Shown one piece after another: positions 18,041 to 26,218 of a DNA stretch of 64,000 bases. Origin of the DNA: a virus (taxonomy: Duplodnaviria > Heunggongvirae > Uroviricota > Caudoviricetes); the IMG/VR virus record IMGVR_UViG_2595698869_000001, positions 107,214 to 171,213 of that record; one strand, 5' to 3'. The notes beneath the pieces are model-generated. The model saw only the letters and a program-made list of their open reading frames with translations. It was not told the origin of the DNA and searched no databases. Position numbers and translations under genes: made by a program. Each line of letters begins with the position of its first letter. Positions within the stretch are counted from its first letter, which is position 1.

Positions 18041-18644
18041 CTCGGAGATAGAGGGGATGGCGCGGGTGGCCGTCCTTGGACTTCCCGAGGCACTTGACCT
18101 CGACCCCCGTGATTTCCGCCTGCTGGACCGCGCCATAATCCTGATCCTTGAACTCTCCATGCACGCCCCAGGCGGCGATCACGTCGGCGCCGGCGGTCAT
18201 GGCATATTCGAACACGTGCTGGAGGACGCGGGCGTTCATCGGCCCGATCGGGTCCTCGGCCGCCTTCATCTCCGCCGGCGAGGGCGAGCGGAAGGCGAAG
18301 AGATTGGCGACGATGATCCCGCCATAGTCGTCCCGACGCGCAAAGCCCATGCAGCGGCGGATCGTCGGATCGTCCAGCCGCGCCGTCGCGGTCGACGGGT
18401 TCAGCATCAGGAAGATCAGCAGCGGCTTGCCGGGGTCCCAGACCCGCATGAGGAGGTAGCGGAAGGTCTCGCACCGCGACAGCAGGGCGGCCTTGATCAC
18501 GCCTTCCTCCATCACCGCGTCGCCGTAGACGTCGGTCAGGTCGGGATCGAACACGGCCTCCAGCGAGGTTCCGTCCAGGACCTGGAGCAGGCCTTTCCAG
18601 GTGGCTTCCGCCACCTCGGCGTCGATCTGGGGTGCTGTCGTCAT
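18006..18644 (-). CDS. DUF1643 family protein
   Basis: LIFLMLNPSTA hallmark; downstream of variant cassette promoter. Confidence 0.55.
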   Translation of the reverse strand: MTTAPQIDAEVAEATWKGLLQVLDGTSLEAVFDPDLTDVYGDAVMEEGVIKAALLSRCETFRYLLMRVWDPGKPLLIFLMLNPSTATARLDDPTIRRCMGFARRDDYGGIIVANLFAFRSPSPAEMKAAEDPIGPMNARVLQHVFEYAMTAGADVIAAWGVHGEFKDQDYGAVQQAEITGVEVKCLGKSKDGHPRHPLYLRGDQPVVPLRSA

Positions 18645-18683
18645 TCCTGACATTTGCCCTGAAACGCCAGGGCCTGTCAACGC
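18645..18683 (-). promoter_or_regulatory. Variant cassette promoter (GCGTTGACA)
   Basis: minus strand caagCGTTGACAggccctggcgtttcagggcaaATGtcaggaATGACGACAGCACC. Confidence 0.4.
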
Positions 18684-18690
18684 TTGAAAT

Positions 18691-18723
18691 CAAAAGGGCC
18701 GCCCCGGCGGGACGGCCCTTTCT
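18691..18723. terminator. Rho-independent terminator
   Basis: caaaAGGGCCGccccggcgggaCGGCCCTttct; ends the leftward operon arriving from 26.8 kb. Confidence 0.5.
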
Positions 18724-18942
18724 CGATCTTGTCGAACTTCGCCGATCCGAAACCGGGGCTTCCCGGCGACCGCCTCGGAGTTCGACCTTGTAGCGCCTTT
18801 AACGCTTGCCCCGCGTCGCGGCTTGGGAGCACCGAGCCTTGACGCTGATCTAGTGGGCGGCAGGTGATCGCGGCGGTCATTGCCTCCTTCAAGGGCGAGG
18901 CCCTCTCATGCCCGCGCAGCTTAGGCGGCGGCGCGGATCACG

Positions 18943-19305
18943 TCAATCCCCCGGATAGCTGGCGCAGACCTCACGCAGGATCGAGCGCAGCGGCTCGCCC
19001 GGCACCGCCAGGGGCTTGAGCTTGCGGCTCTCGTCCCAGGCCATGGCGTTGGCGTGCAGGAGCCAGAGGACGAAGGCGCGCAGGTCCTTGGCCCCGTCGG
19101 GCAGCGGGATGCCGCGCGCGGTGGGGACGTGGAAGACTCGCCCATCATCCGTGTACGCGAGAACCTCGTCGAGCACCGTGGCCCGCTTCTTGGCCTCGGC
19201 GAGGACAGCGACACCTTTCTGGAACTCACTGACCTGGATGAGCGCCCGACGCTCCTTAGGGAAGTGGGTCTTGGTCCACCAGGAGGGCTTGCTGTTTGAG
19301 GACAC
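18943..19305 (-). CDS. hypothetical protein (GTG start; overlaps upstream gene ~50 nt)
   Basis: High GC3 in this frame from 19326 down; GGAG + 7 nt + GTG. Confidence 0.4.
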   Translation of the reverse strand: MSSNSKPSWWTKTHFPKERRALIQVSEFQKGVAVLAEAKKRATVLDEVLAYTDDGRVFHVPTARGIPLPDGAKDLRAFVLWLLHANAMAWDESRKLKPLAVPGEPLRSILREVCASYPGD

Positions 19306-19519
19306 GGTTACGCTCCAGGAGGGCACGCAGCGAGGGGATGTCGCCGTCCGCCATCTGGTAGAGGCGGACGAACTCGTCGTAGTCGTACTCGTTGATGAGG
19401 TCCCGCATCGCCTGCGGGAGCTTGTCGATGGTCTTGAAGAGCCGGCGCCGATAGCGCTGGGCCTCCATGCGCCGGCGGATGGCGGCGTGGCGCGTCTTGG
19501 CCGCCCGAACGCGCCGCAT
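19256..19519 (-). CDS. hypothetical protein (87 aa)
   Basis: TGATG overlap with upstream gene; GC3 falls in last 15 codons where the next gene's frame takes over. Confidence 0.45.
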   Translation of the reverse strand: MRRVRAAKTRHAAIRRRMEAQRYRRRLFKTIDKLPQAMRDLINEYDYDEFVRLYQMADGDIPSLRALLERNRVLKQQALLVDQDPLP

Positions 19520-20028
19520 CAGGCCGCCGGGGCGATCCAGTCCTCGCGGTCGTCGGCGTAGAGCACCGCCGCCAGCTTCCCCGTGCCGATGTCGCACTTG
19601 GCCGCCGCCTCGACCGCCTGGGGCGCGGTGGCCCCCATGTGGAGCGCGCCCAGGGCCGACCACGTGCCCGAGCCGAAGGCGTAGAACGGCGCGCGCATGG
19701 TGTAGGCCGGCGCGCCGCTCTCGAACCGCAGGCAAAGACCATCGGGCAGGATGATGTAGCCGTTGGTCTCCTTGTCCGGCTTCTCGGGGCGCCCCATGTC
19801 GCAATAGGCGTCGCGCCCGCCGCTGGCCAGCCACTCGTCGAAGGCCGGCGAGCGCACCCAGTCGTTGAAGATTTGGACGTAGGCCGATTCACCCGCCGCG
19901 CCGAACAGCAGCGTGCCGCCAGGACCCTTGCGCTTGCCGATCTTCTGGACATTCCCGCAGGGCGTCCAGAGGTCGAGAACCCGAGCGTCAGCGGCCAGCA
20001 CGCCGTCGCGATAGACGATACACGTCAT
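19519..20028 (-). CDS. HslV/proteasome beta-like Ntn peptidase
   Basis: MTCIVYRDGVLAAD (Thr right after Met), QKIGKRKG, FGAAGESAY, YAFGSGTWSALGAL align with HslV catalytic blocks; GAGGAG SD. Confidence 0.55.
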   Translation of the reverse strand: MTCIVYRDGVLAADARVLDLWTPCGNVQKIGKRKGPGGTLLFGAAGESAYVQIFNDWVRSPAFDEWLASGGRDAYCDMGRPEKPDKETNGYIILPDGLCLRFESGAPAYTMRAPFYAFGSGTWSALGALHMGATAPQAVEAAAKCDIGTGKLAAVLYADDREDWIAPAA

Positions 20029-20058
20029 ACGTCCAAACTCCTCAAAAGCAACTTCAGA

Positions 20059-20751
20059 TCAGCGCGGGGCTTGCGGCAGGCGCTTGGCCGCCGGGTTCCG
20101 GGCCGAGCCCGTGGTCGGACCCGCCAGACGCCCGACCTTCTCGGCCTTGAAGCCCTCGGGGCGCAGGGGCGTGCGCGACTTGCCCGACGCGGCGGACCGC
20201 TCCTTGACGAGGTCATCGCCGCCCTGGGTCTGGGGCGTGGCGCCCTTGATCACGCCGCCCTTGCGGTTGACGTTCGGGGAGTTGACCGACTGGACCTGCC
20301 CGTTGGTGCCAGCCGCGATCTGACGCGTCGTCAGATCGACCAGGGCGTCGGCGAAGGCCGACAGCAGGGCCAGGGCGGAGTCCTCGACCGGCTTGGCCGA
20401 GACGCCGGTGAAGCCGGTGTCCTCGTGCTTGGCCTTGCCGCTGATCCGCACCGAGATCAGCCGGGTCTTCTTGTTGCGGAACAGGCCCGAGACCTCCTCG
20501 CGGGTCGAGACGTCGACGCGGGCGCCGGGCGCGACCGTTTCCAGAAGGGCCAGGGTCGCGTAGTAGCTGTTGACGAAATTGAGGGCCGAGCCCTTGGGAT
20601 GGCCGACGGCGGCGGCGATCTTGGCGAAGCCGTTGTCGATCACGGTGCTGGCGAGGCTGGTCGGATAGGACTCGGTCAGCAGATTGTTGACCTGGGTCTT
20701 CAGGGTCTTCAGTTGGTTGATGTCCAGGGTGAGGGCGCGCTTGGCGACCAT
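20059..20751 (-). CDS. hypothetical protein with basic C-terminus (230 aa)
   Basis: AGGAGAAAG SD; coherent composition. Confidence 0.55.
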   Translation of the reverse strand: MVAKRALTLDINQLKTLKTQVNNLLTESYPTSLASTVIDNGFAKIAAAVGHPKGSALNFVNSYYATLALLETVAPGARVDVSTREEVSGLFRNKKTRLISVRISGKAKHEDTGFTGVSAKPVEDSALALLSAFADALVDLTTRQIAAGTNGQVQSVNSPNVNRKGGVIKGATPQTQGGDDLVKERSAASGKSRTPLRPEGFKAEKVGRLAGPTTGSARNPAAKRLPQAPR

Positions 20752-20761
20752 GGTCTTTCTC

Positions 20762-21295
20762 CTAGTCCTGCTCGTCGATCTGGCGAGCGCGTTGAGTGTT
20801 ACCGTGGCGATAATCGTTCCAGTGGTCCATCTTGACGAACTTCCCGCCCACCGTGCGTTGGACGAAAATCCCGTCCGGGGAGATCAGCCCGTATTTCTCG
20901 TCCGCCTCGTTGATCATGCGGAAGAACTCCGCCTGCCAGGGGATCGGCATCTCCTGGAGCGACACGCGCGGCAGGCAGAGCCAGGAGGCGTAGGAGAGCC
21001 CGAAGAAGTAGCTCGACGGGGTGTCATGCAGCGGCACGTCGCCGGCGTAGTGCGTCACGTGCCCGGTCTCGGGATTGCGCGCCGAATGGCTCCAGGCGGC
21101 CCAGAGATCGCGGCGGCTGGCCTCGGCGTCGGCCTGACCCCGGATGATCGCCTGGACGTCTGGCGTATAGCCCGAGAAGGCGGTGGTGTCGTTCTCGTCC
21201 AGGCAGTCGGCCAGGGCCGCGCGCAAGGCCGATCGCAGCTTGTCCTCGGTCAAGGTCGCGTCGGCGGCGATCTGGGCGATACGGTCGCGGAAGGT
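20762..21295 (-). CDS. hypothetical protein (177 aa)
   Basis: Real C-terminal part of ORF 20762..21580; TGATG overlap. Confidence 0.5.
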   Translation of the reverse strand, partial: TFRDRIAQIAADATLTEDKLRSALRAALADCLDENDTTAFSGYTPDVQAIIRGQADAEASRRDLWAAWSHSARNPETGHVTHYAGDVPLHDTPSSYFFGLSYASWLCLPRVSLQEMPIPWQAEFFRMINEADEKYGLISPDGIFVQRTVGGKFVKMDHWNDYRHGNTQRARQIDEQD

Positions 21296-21723
21296 CATTG
21301 GCAGACGTCCTTGGCGTCGCGCGCGGTCACGGGCGACATGTAGGTGTCGGGGTCCCAGGCGCCGGGCGTGCTGCCGCCATAGACATAGTCGCCCGGCGCG
21401 GGCGGCGTCATCGACCCGCCGTTGCTGGCGACCTTGCCCGGATTGGCGTAGGCCGAGAGCCACAGGCGCCCGTCGCTGCCGCGCAGGACGAATTGGCCGT
21501 TCTGGCGGCAGACGCGAGCGATGGTCATGCGCCATGCGTAGTTGAGCTTGGCCTTCTTGGCGGCCTCGTCCCGCAACCACTGCTCATGCCCCAGACGCGC
21601 CCAGCGCGCCTTCTTGGCCACGAGGTCCTTGTGCTCCTGCGACCAGAGGGGGTGGTTGTACTCGTCGCACGCCGAGAGGCTGATCCCGGCGACGACGAGC
21701 AGGAGGAGAGCGCCGCGCCGCAT
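21295..21723 (-). CDS. lipoprotein (142 aa)
   Basis: Signal peptide plus lipobox MRRGALLLLVVAGISLSAC; TGATG overlap with nadV. Confidence 0.55.
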   Translation of the reverse strand: MRRGALLLLVVAGISLSACDEYNHPLWSQEHKDLVAKKARWARLGHEQWLRDEAAKKAKLNYAWRMTIARVCRQNGQFVLRGSDGRLWLSAYANPGKVASNGGSMTPPAPGDYVYGGSTPGAWDPDTYMSPVTARDAKDVCQ

Positions 21724-23153
21724 CAGGCGATCTCGTAGCCGGCCGCGACCCGCTCGCGGATTTGGTCCAGGGTCGCCGGCTCCAGCACCTTGCCGGTGTT
21801 GAAGACCTCGTCCAGCAGGTCGTGCTCGACGACGTCGCCCTCGTGGACCGTGATGGTCTCGAAGCGGCCGTCCTCGGTCGTCACCAGGGCCAGCTTGCCC
21901 TTCTTGGAGACCTTGCCCGGATCGGTGATCGGGTCCTTGTAGATTTCGACCCACTCGCCGTTGATCTCCTGGGCCGAGGACTTCATCGCCCACTTGTTGG
22001 TGTCGCGGTCCAGGTCGCCCGTCGCCAGACCGCCGCCGGCGGCCGTGATGATGCTGTCGGGCGCGACGCCGATGTTGCGGGCCAGGATGAACGGGTCCAT
22101 GTGGGTGTTCTCGTTCATGCCGTCGCCCTGGAGGGCCTTGGCGCCCAGGTTCAGCACGTCCAGGCCGTGGCTGTTCTTCTGGGTCCCGAAGCCGGCGGCC
22201 AGGGTCTGGACGACCGGCGGGATGACCTTGAAGAGGTCGCCCGAATCCGGGCGGCAGACCGGGGTCAGGTTCTTGTTGGCGATCAGTTCCTTGCGCTCGG
22301 TCAGCTTGCCGGCGAAGCGGAAGATGTCCCAGGTGTCGCCGACCAGCGAGAAGATCGAGCCGGGAGGCGCCTTGTTCAGGCAGTGGTCGATATAGTCGTC
22401 GTCGTTGTCGCGCCCGAACGAGCACGAGATCGAGTGCTCCGAGGCCAGGACCGAATAGCCCGACATCTCGCTGAAGTAGTTGATATTCGCCGCCCGCACG
22501 CCGGGGACGTTGTCCGAGCCCTGGAAGTGGAAGAGGTGGGCGATGCCGGCCAGGACCGAGTGGTCATAGCCCATGGTCCCGCGCGAGGAGAAGTCGAGGA
22601 AGGCGAACGGCGACATCGGGGTGTCGCTGTTGGCTTCCCAGAAGCTCTTGATCCGCGTGGCGATGCCGTTGACGCGCGCGGCGATCGTCGAGGCCGTCCA
22701 GACGTCGCGCAGGATCATGGTCTCGAAGTAGGAGGTCAGCCAGGGCAGGCGCGGGTCGAGGTTCTCGACCGAGATCAGCGCGTTGCGGATCGGGATCATC
22801 ACGCCCTCGGGCGCGGCCTTGATCCGCAGCGGGAGATAGCCGCCGTACTCGTTCAGGATGATCTCCCAGCCGTCGCGGTTGAACGGCAGGCCGTGGGCCG
22901 GCACGAACGCGGCCATCTCCTCGACGTCGGCGCGGGTGACCGGCTTGCCGAGCTTCTGGAAGAGCAGGCGCTGGAACGCCGCCAGCATCACCTTGGGATA
23001 GCGCCCGCCCCGGCTCTCGATGTAGCTGTAGACGGTGGTGCAGCCGTCGCGATAGAGCACCCAGTGCCCCAGCTTGTAGCTGTCGGTGTCGGCGATCAGG
23101 TTATAGGTCTCGACGGGCGGCGTGCCGTCCCAGTTGGCGAGGTCAAAGGCCAT
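21723..23153 (-). CDS. nadV: Nicotinamide phosphoribosyltransferase (NadV/NAMPT)
   Basis: N-terminal hallmark NLIADTDSYKLGHW; length 476 aa; AAGGGGGA SD. Confidence 0.8.
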   Translation of the reverse strand: MAFDLANWDGTPPVETYNLIADTDSYKLGHWVLYRDGCTTVYSYIESRGGRYPKVMLAAFQRLLFQKLGKPVTRADVEEMAAFVPAHGLPFNRDGWEIILNEYGGYLPLRIKAAPEGVMIPIRNALISVENLDPRLPWLTSYFETMILRDVWTASTIAARVNGIATRIKSFWEANSDTPMSPFAFLDFSSRGTMGYDHSVLAGIAHLFHFQGSDNVPGVRAANINYFSEMSGYSVLASEHSISCSFGRDNDDDYIDHCLNKAPPGSIFSLVGDTWDIFRFAGKLTERKELIANKNLTPVCRPDSGDLFKVIPPVVQTLAAGFGTQKNSHGLDVLNLGAKALQGDGMNENTHMDPFILARNIGVAPDSIITAAGGGLATGDLDRDTNKWAMKSSAQEINGEWVEIYKDPITDPGKVSKKGKLALVTTEDGRFETITVHEGDVVEHDLLDEVFNTGKVLEPATLDQIRERVAAGYEIA

Positions 23154-23167
23154 GATGAGGTCCCCCT

Positions 23168-24409
23168 TTAAGCGTTGAGGCTGAGCATGCGGTCCACGAT
23201 GAAGGCGTGGTCCTCGAAGGTGTCTCCGGGGTCGATCTCCGAGATCGGGTCCCAGTCGGCGGCGGCGGCGTCGTCATGGCCCTGCACGTGCGGCAGACCC
23301 AGGCCCAGAGGCGGGGGCGGCAGGACGAAGTGGTAGGCCGTGGAGATGATGTGGGCGCGCCGCGAGCGGTGCGGGTCGTCGAACACCTGCGGATCGCCAA
23401 TCTGATAGCGGCGCAGCAGGTGCATCGCCTTCAGCACGCAGTCGGGCGCCGGCGGGGCGGCGGACTTGGTCTTCTCGGCCGCCTTGCACGCTTCCAGCCA
23501 CGCGCGGTACTCCGGCAGATGGGCGGGCGGGATGAACAGCGCCGTCTCCTCGATCACCTCGCGCAGGCAGTTGTCCATCAGCGAGCGACCGGCGTTGACG
23601 AAACCGCCCGGCAGGGCCTTCATTCCAAAGCCCTCGGGGCCGCCGCGCCGGATGCGCAGGATGTGACCGGCGCACTCGACGACCGCGTCCACCGCCAGGA
23701 AGGGGCCAGCGCCCCAGCGTTCGCGATAGGCGTCCTCGGCCTTCTTCTGCGACATCAGATAGGCGTATTCCGGGCGGTCCCGGAACCGTTCCAGGAAGTC
23801 GATCGTGCTCGGGTAGAGGAGATCGGTCCAGGCGTAGCCGTTGTCGCTCCACGAGGTGTCGCGGAAGTTGACGGCGCCGGCGAAATAGGCCTTGCGCAGG
23901 GCGGTGGCGTTGACCCCGTTGTCCTCGACCGGGGTGTAGGGCCATTGCGGGAACCACGTCAGATATTCGCTGGTGGCGTCGCGGATGTTGCCGATCAGGG
24001 TGACGCGCGGACGCAGGACCTTGGAGGCGTTCTTGACGTGCTGCTGGACCTGGGCGATCCACTCGTTCTTCCCGTAGGGGCCGGTGTCATTGAGCGCGAT
24101 CACCTCGGTGCGGCTCAGGAGGTCGAGCACGAGGGCGGCGTGATCGTCCACTCGGCTCTCGACGGTCTCGGCCTCGCGGCCGGCGTCGGCCTCTTCCTGG
24201 GCCAGATCGCTGAGCCCGTTCAGGATCATCTCCTGGCGCTCGCGGAAGGTGAAGGGGTTGCGGGTGTCGCGGGCGAGATTGGCCGAACCGACGAACCACA
24301 GGACCTTGCGGGCCTTGCGGCGCGCGGCCTGGAAGAGGCGGAAATGACCCATCCTGGTCACCAACTGCCCCCGCGTGATCAGCACCGCGATGTCGTATTC
24401 GAAGTCCAC
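23168..24409 (-). CDS. natV: Bifunctional NMN adenylyltransferase / Nudix hydrolase (NatV/NadM-Nudix)
   Basis: N-terminal cytidylyltransferase-like fold DIAVLITRGQLVTRMGHF; C-terminal Nudix box GGFVNAGRSLMDNCLREVIEETAL; adjacent to nadV. Confidence 0.7.
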   Translation of the reverse strand: MDFEYDIAVLITRGQLVTRMGHFRLFQAARRKARKVLWFVGSANLARDTRNPFTFRERQEMILNGLSDLAQEEADAGREAETVESRVDDHAALVLDLLSRTEVIALNDTGPYGKNEWIAQVQQHVKNASKVLRPRVTLIGNIRDATSEYLTWFPQWPYTPVEDNGVNATALRKAYFAGAVNFRDTSWSDNGYAWTDLLYPSTIDFLERFRDRPEYAYLMSQKKAEDAYRERWGAGPFLAVDAVVECAGHILRIRRGGPEGFGMKALPGGFVNAGRSLMDNCLREVIEETALFIPPAHLPEYRAWLEACKAAEKTKSAAPPAPDCVLKAMHLLRRYQIGDPQVFDDPHRSRRAHIISTAYHFVLPPPPLGLGLPHVQGHDDAAAADWDPISEIDPGDTFEDHAFIVDRMLSLNA

Positions 24410-24837
24410 TATCGCTTACCCCTCATTCTGAAGCCGGGCCGGATGCGCCGGATCGGCTTGTTCTCGTCCAGGGAGCGACCCCCATAGCCGCTCAACTCGC
24501 TGAAACCGTTCATGCGCACCGCGAACCGGCGCGTCTTGACGGTCAACTGGTCGCGCTCGAAACCGCGCTCGACCAGCGTCAGGTCGATGACGTCGCCGAA
24601 CACCTCCCCGTGGAAGATGCGCCGCCGCGCCCAGGCGATCGCCGCCCCGAGGTGCGGAAATTCCCGGTGCCGCTCGGCGTCCCGGATCGAGACGCCGTCG
24701 GCATAGCTGGCGTCGACCCAGTCCAGTTTGACCTCGCGGCGCGGCGCGGTCACCTTCTTGAACTCGATCGGCGGCGACGGTTGGCCCAGGCCACCCGTCT
24801 CGATGTCAAAAACCGCGTAGGTGATTGTCTCCGTCAT
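24409..24837 (-). CDS. hypothetical protein
   Basis: First gene after cassette promoter at ~24870; weak FDIETGGL motif. Confidence 0.45.
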   Translation of the reverse strand: MTETITYAVFDIETGGLGQPSPPIEFKKVTAPRREVKLDWVDASYADGVSIRDAERHREFPHLGAAIAWARRRIFHGEVFGDVIDLTLVERGFERDQLTVKTRRFAVRMNGFSELSGYGGRSLDENKPIRRIRPGFRMRGKR

Positions 24838-24878
24838 GCCTCGCGACACTACGCTTTGGGTTCTTGTATTGTCAACAC
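24838..24878 (-). promoter_or_regulatory. Cassette promoter (short leader)
   Basis: GTGTTGACAatacaagaacccaaagCGTAGTGtcgcgaggcATG on minus. Confidence 0.45.
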
Positions 24879-24879
24879 A

Positions 24880-25353
24880 TCACTTCAGGAGCTTGAGGGC
24901 GGGGGCGTGATATTTGAACCCCGCCTCGCTGATCGGCCCCACGCCCACGAAGGTGATGGTCGGCTTGCCGAACACCGTGCGGCCCGCGTCGAGGACGAGG
25001 GTCGCGCCGGCATGGTCGCGGAACCGCTCATAGAGGGCTTCCAACTCGGCGTTGGTCCCGGCGTGGAGCGCGATCTTCACGGCCGACTGCGAGTAGCGGT
25101 ATTGCCGCGCGATCCTGGGGAACCGCTCCATGGCGTCCCACCACGCATGGAGGTAGGCGTGGCCGGCCTGAGCCGCGAGCTTGCCCAGGTTGAGGGATTT
25201 CTCGTCCGGCTTGCGGCGGTTCTTGGCCACGGTCATCGCGTCGAGCGCTTCCTGGCTCACGACGGCGTAGAGGCGCAGTTCGGCCTTAGGCTTGCCGGCG
25301 AAGACCGCCATCAGAGAGTCCCAGGCGTTGCGCCAAGCGTCGATCACGTTCAT
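24880..25353 (-). CDS. Peptidyl-tRNA hydrolase, PTH2 family
   Basis: KLAAQAGHAYLHAW and VLDAGRTVFGKPTITFVGVGP match PTH2 signature blocks. Confidence 0.6.
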   Translation of the reverse strand: MNVIDAWRNAWDSLMAVFAGKPKAELRLYAVVSQEALDAMTVAKNRRKPDEKSLNLGKLAAQAGHAYLHAWWDAMERFPRIARQYRYSQSAVKIALHAGTNAELEALYERFRDHAGATLVLDAGRTVFGKPTITFVGVGPISEAGFKYHAPALKLLK

Positions 25354-25793
25354 GAAAAGCGGCTTTCGTAGGAGGCCTCCAGGGCGATCGCCGCGTCGAA
25401 GGCGACGTCGATGAGGTCCTCGTGCATGAGAACATCGAAGGAGCGGTCGACCCGGAGGGCGAACTGGGCTTCCATCGAGCGGTTGAAGGCCAGGAGGTCC
25501 TTGTGGAGCCCTGCCATGCGGTCCAGGAGCTTGATCGCGTAGACGTCCGGCCCGAAGGTCCCTCGCGTCTGATGCAGGCGCTTCTTGACGTCGTTGATCG
25601 TCTCCCAGGACTTGACCTTCAAGTCCTCCATGAGGTCGGCCTGCTGCTCGACCCGGATCAGGTGACGCAGCAGCCGCCGGAGCCGGGCCTGGATTTGATC
25701 AGGCGGGGCCGACGGCGGAGGAGCGCGACACTCCTCCGCCTCGGTGGCGATCATCTGACGCGCCCGGTTGACGCAGTCGAGGATCGAAGCCAT
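25350..25793 (-). CDS. hypothetical protein
   Basis: ATGA-coupled to both neighbours; high GC3. Confidence 0.5.
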   Translation of the reverse strand: MASILDCVNRARQMIATEAEECRAPPPSAPPDQIQARLRRLLRHLIRVEQQADLMEDLKVKSWETINDVKKRLHQTRGTFGPDVYAIKLLDRMAGLHKDLLAFNRSMEAQFALRVDRSFDVLMHEDLIDVAFDAAIALEASYESRFS

Positions 25794-26218
25794 CAGCCCT
25801 CGGCGGCCGGCGCTTCCGGCTCAGCGGTGGTCTTGCCCTTGCCCTTGCTCGCCGGCGCGGCCTGGGCTTCTTCCGCCGCCGGCTCGGCGATGGGCGCGGG
25901 GGCTTCCACCACCGGTTCGGCGTCCGCAGCCGCCTCGACCGGCGTGTAGTCGGCCTCGAACGCGGCCGGCTTCAGGATGGCGATCTCGTAGGTGTCCTCG
26001 CCGCGCGGGATGCGGACGATGTAGTCGTCCTGGGTCGCCGAGGCGATCTGGCCGTTGATCGGGACCAGGAGCTTGCCGACGGCGTCCTTGCCGACGTGCA
26101 TGGTCCCCATGGCGGTGTAGCCCGAGTGCTGGGTCAGCCACGCCGGCAGGTCTTCCAGGCGCTGGAAGCTGTACTGGACAGCGTCCACGGTCACCGGTTG
26201 GCGGATATACTGGGTCAT
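25793..26218 (-). CDS. hypothetical protein with Ala/Glu/Pro-rich tail
   Basis: AGGAGA SD, ATGA overlap. Confidence 0.5.
   Translation of the reverse strand: MTQYIRQPVTVDAVQYSFQRLEDLPAWLTQHSGYTAMGTMHVGKDAVGKLLVPINGQIASATQDDYIVRIPRGEDTYEIAILKPAAFEADYTPVEAAADAEPVVEAPAPIAEPAAEEAQAAPASKGKGKTTAEPEAPAAEG

Noticed and set aside
18677-18892. 71-aa minus-strand ORF with a GAAGGAGG SD in the 200-bp gap after the terminator
   Set aside because: Third-codon positions are AT-rich (CCA, CTA, CAA, TTA, GGA, AAA), unlike every convincing gene here. Kept as non-coding spacer.
18730-18940. Possible tRNA or small RNA in the only sizeable non-coding gap
   Set aside because: No cloverleaf is evident. The GTTCGA segment lacks flanking T-arm and acceptor pairing. 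No other conserved RNA structure was recognised.
24409-24837. DEDD 3'-5' exonuclease suggested by the FDIETGGL motif
   Set aside because: The protein is only 143 aa and Exo II and Exo III motifs are absent.
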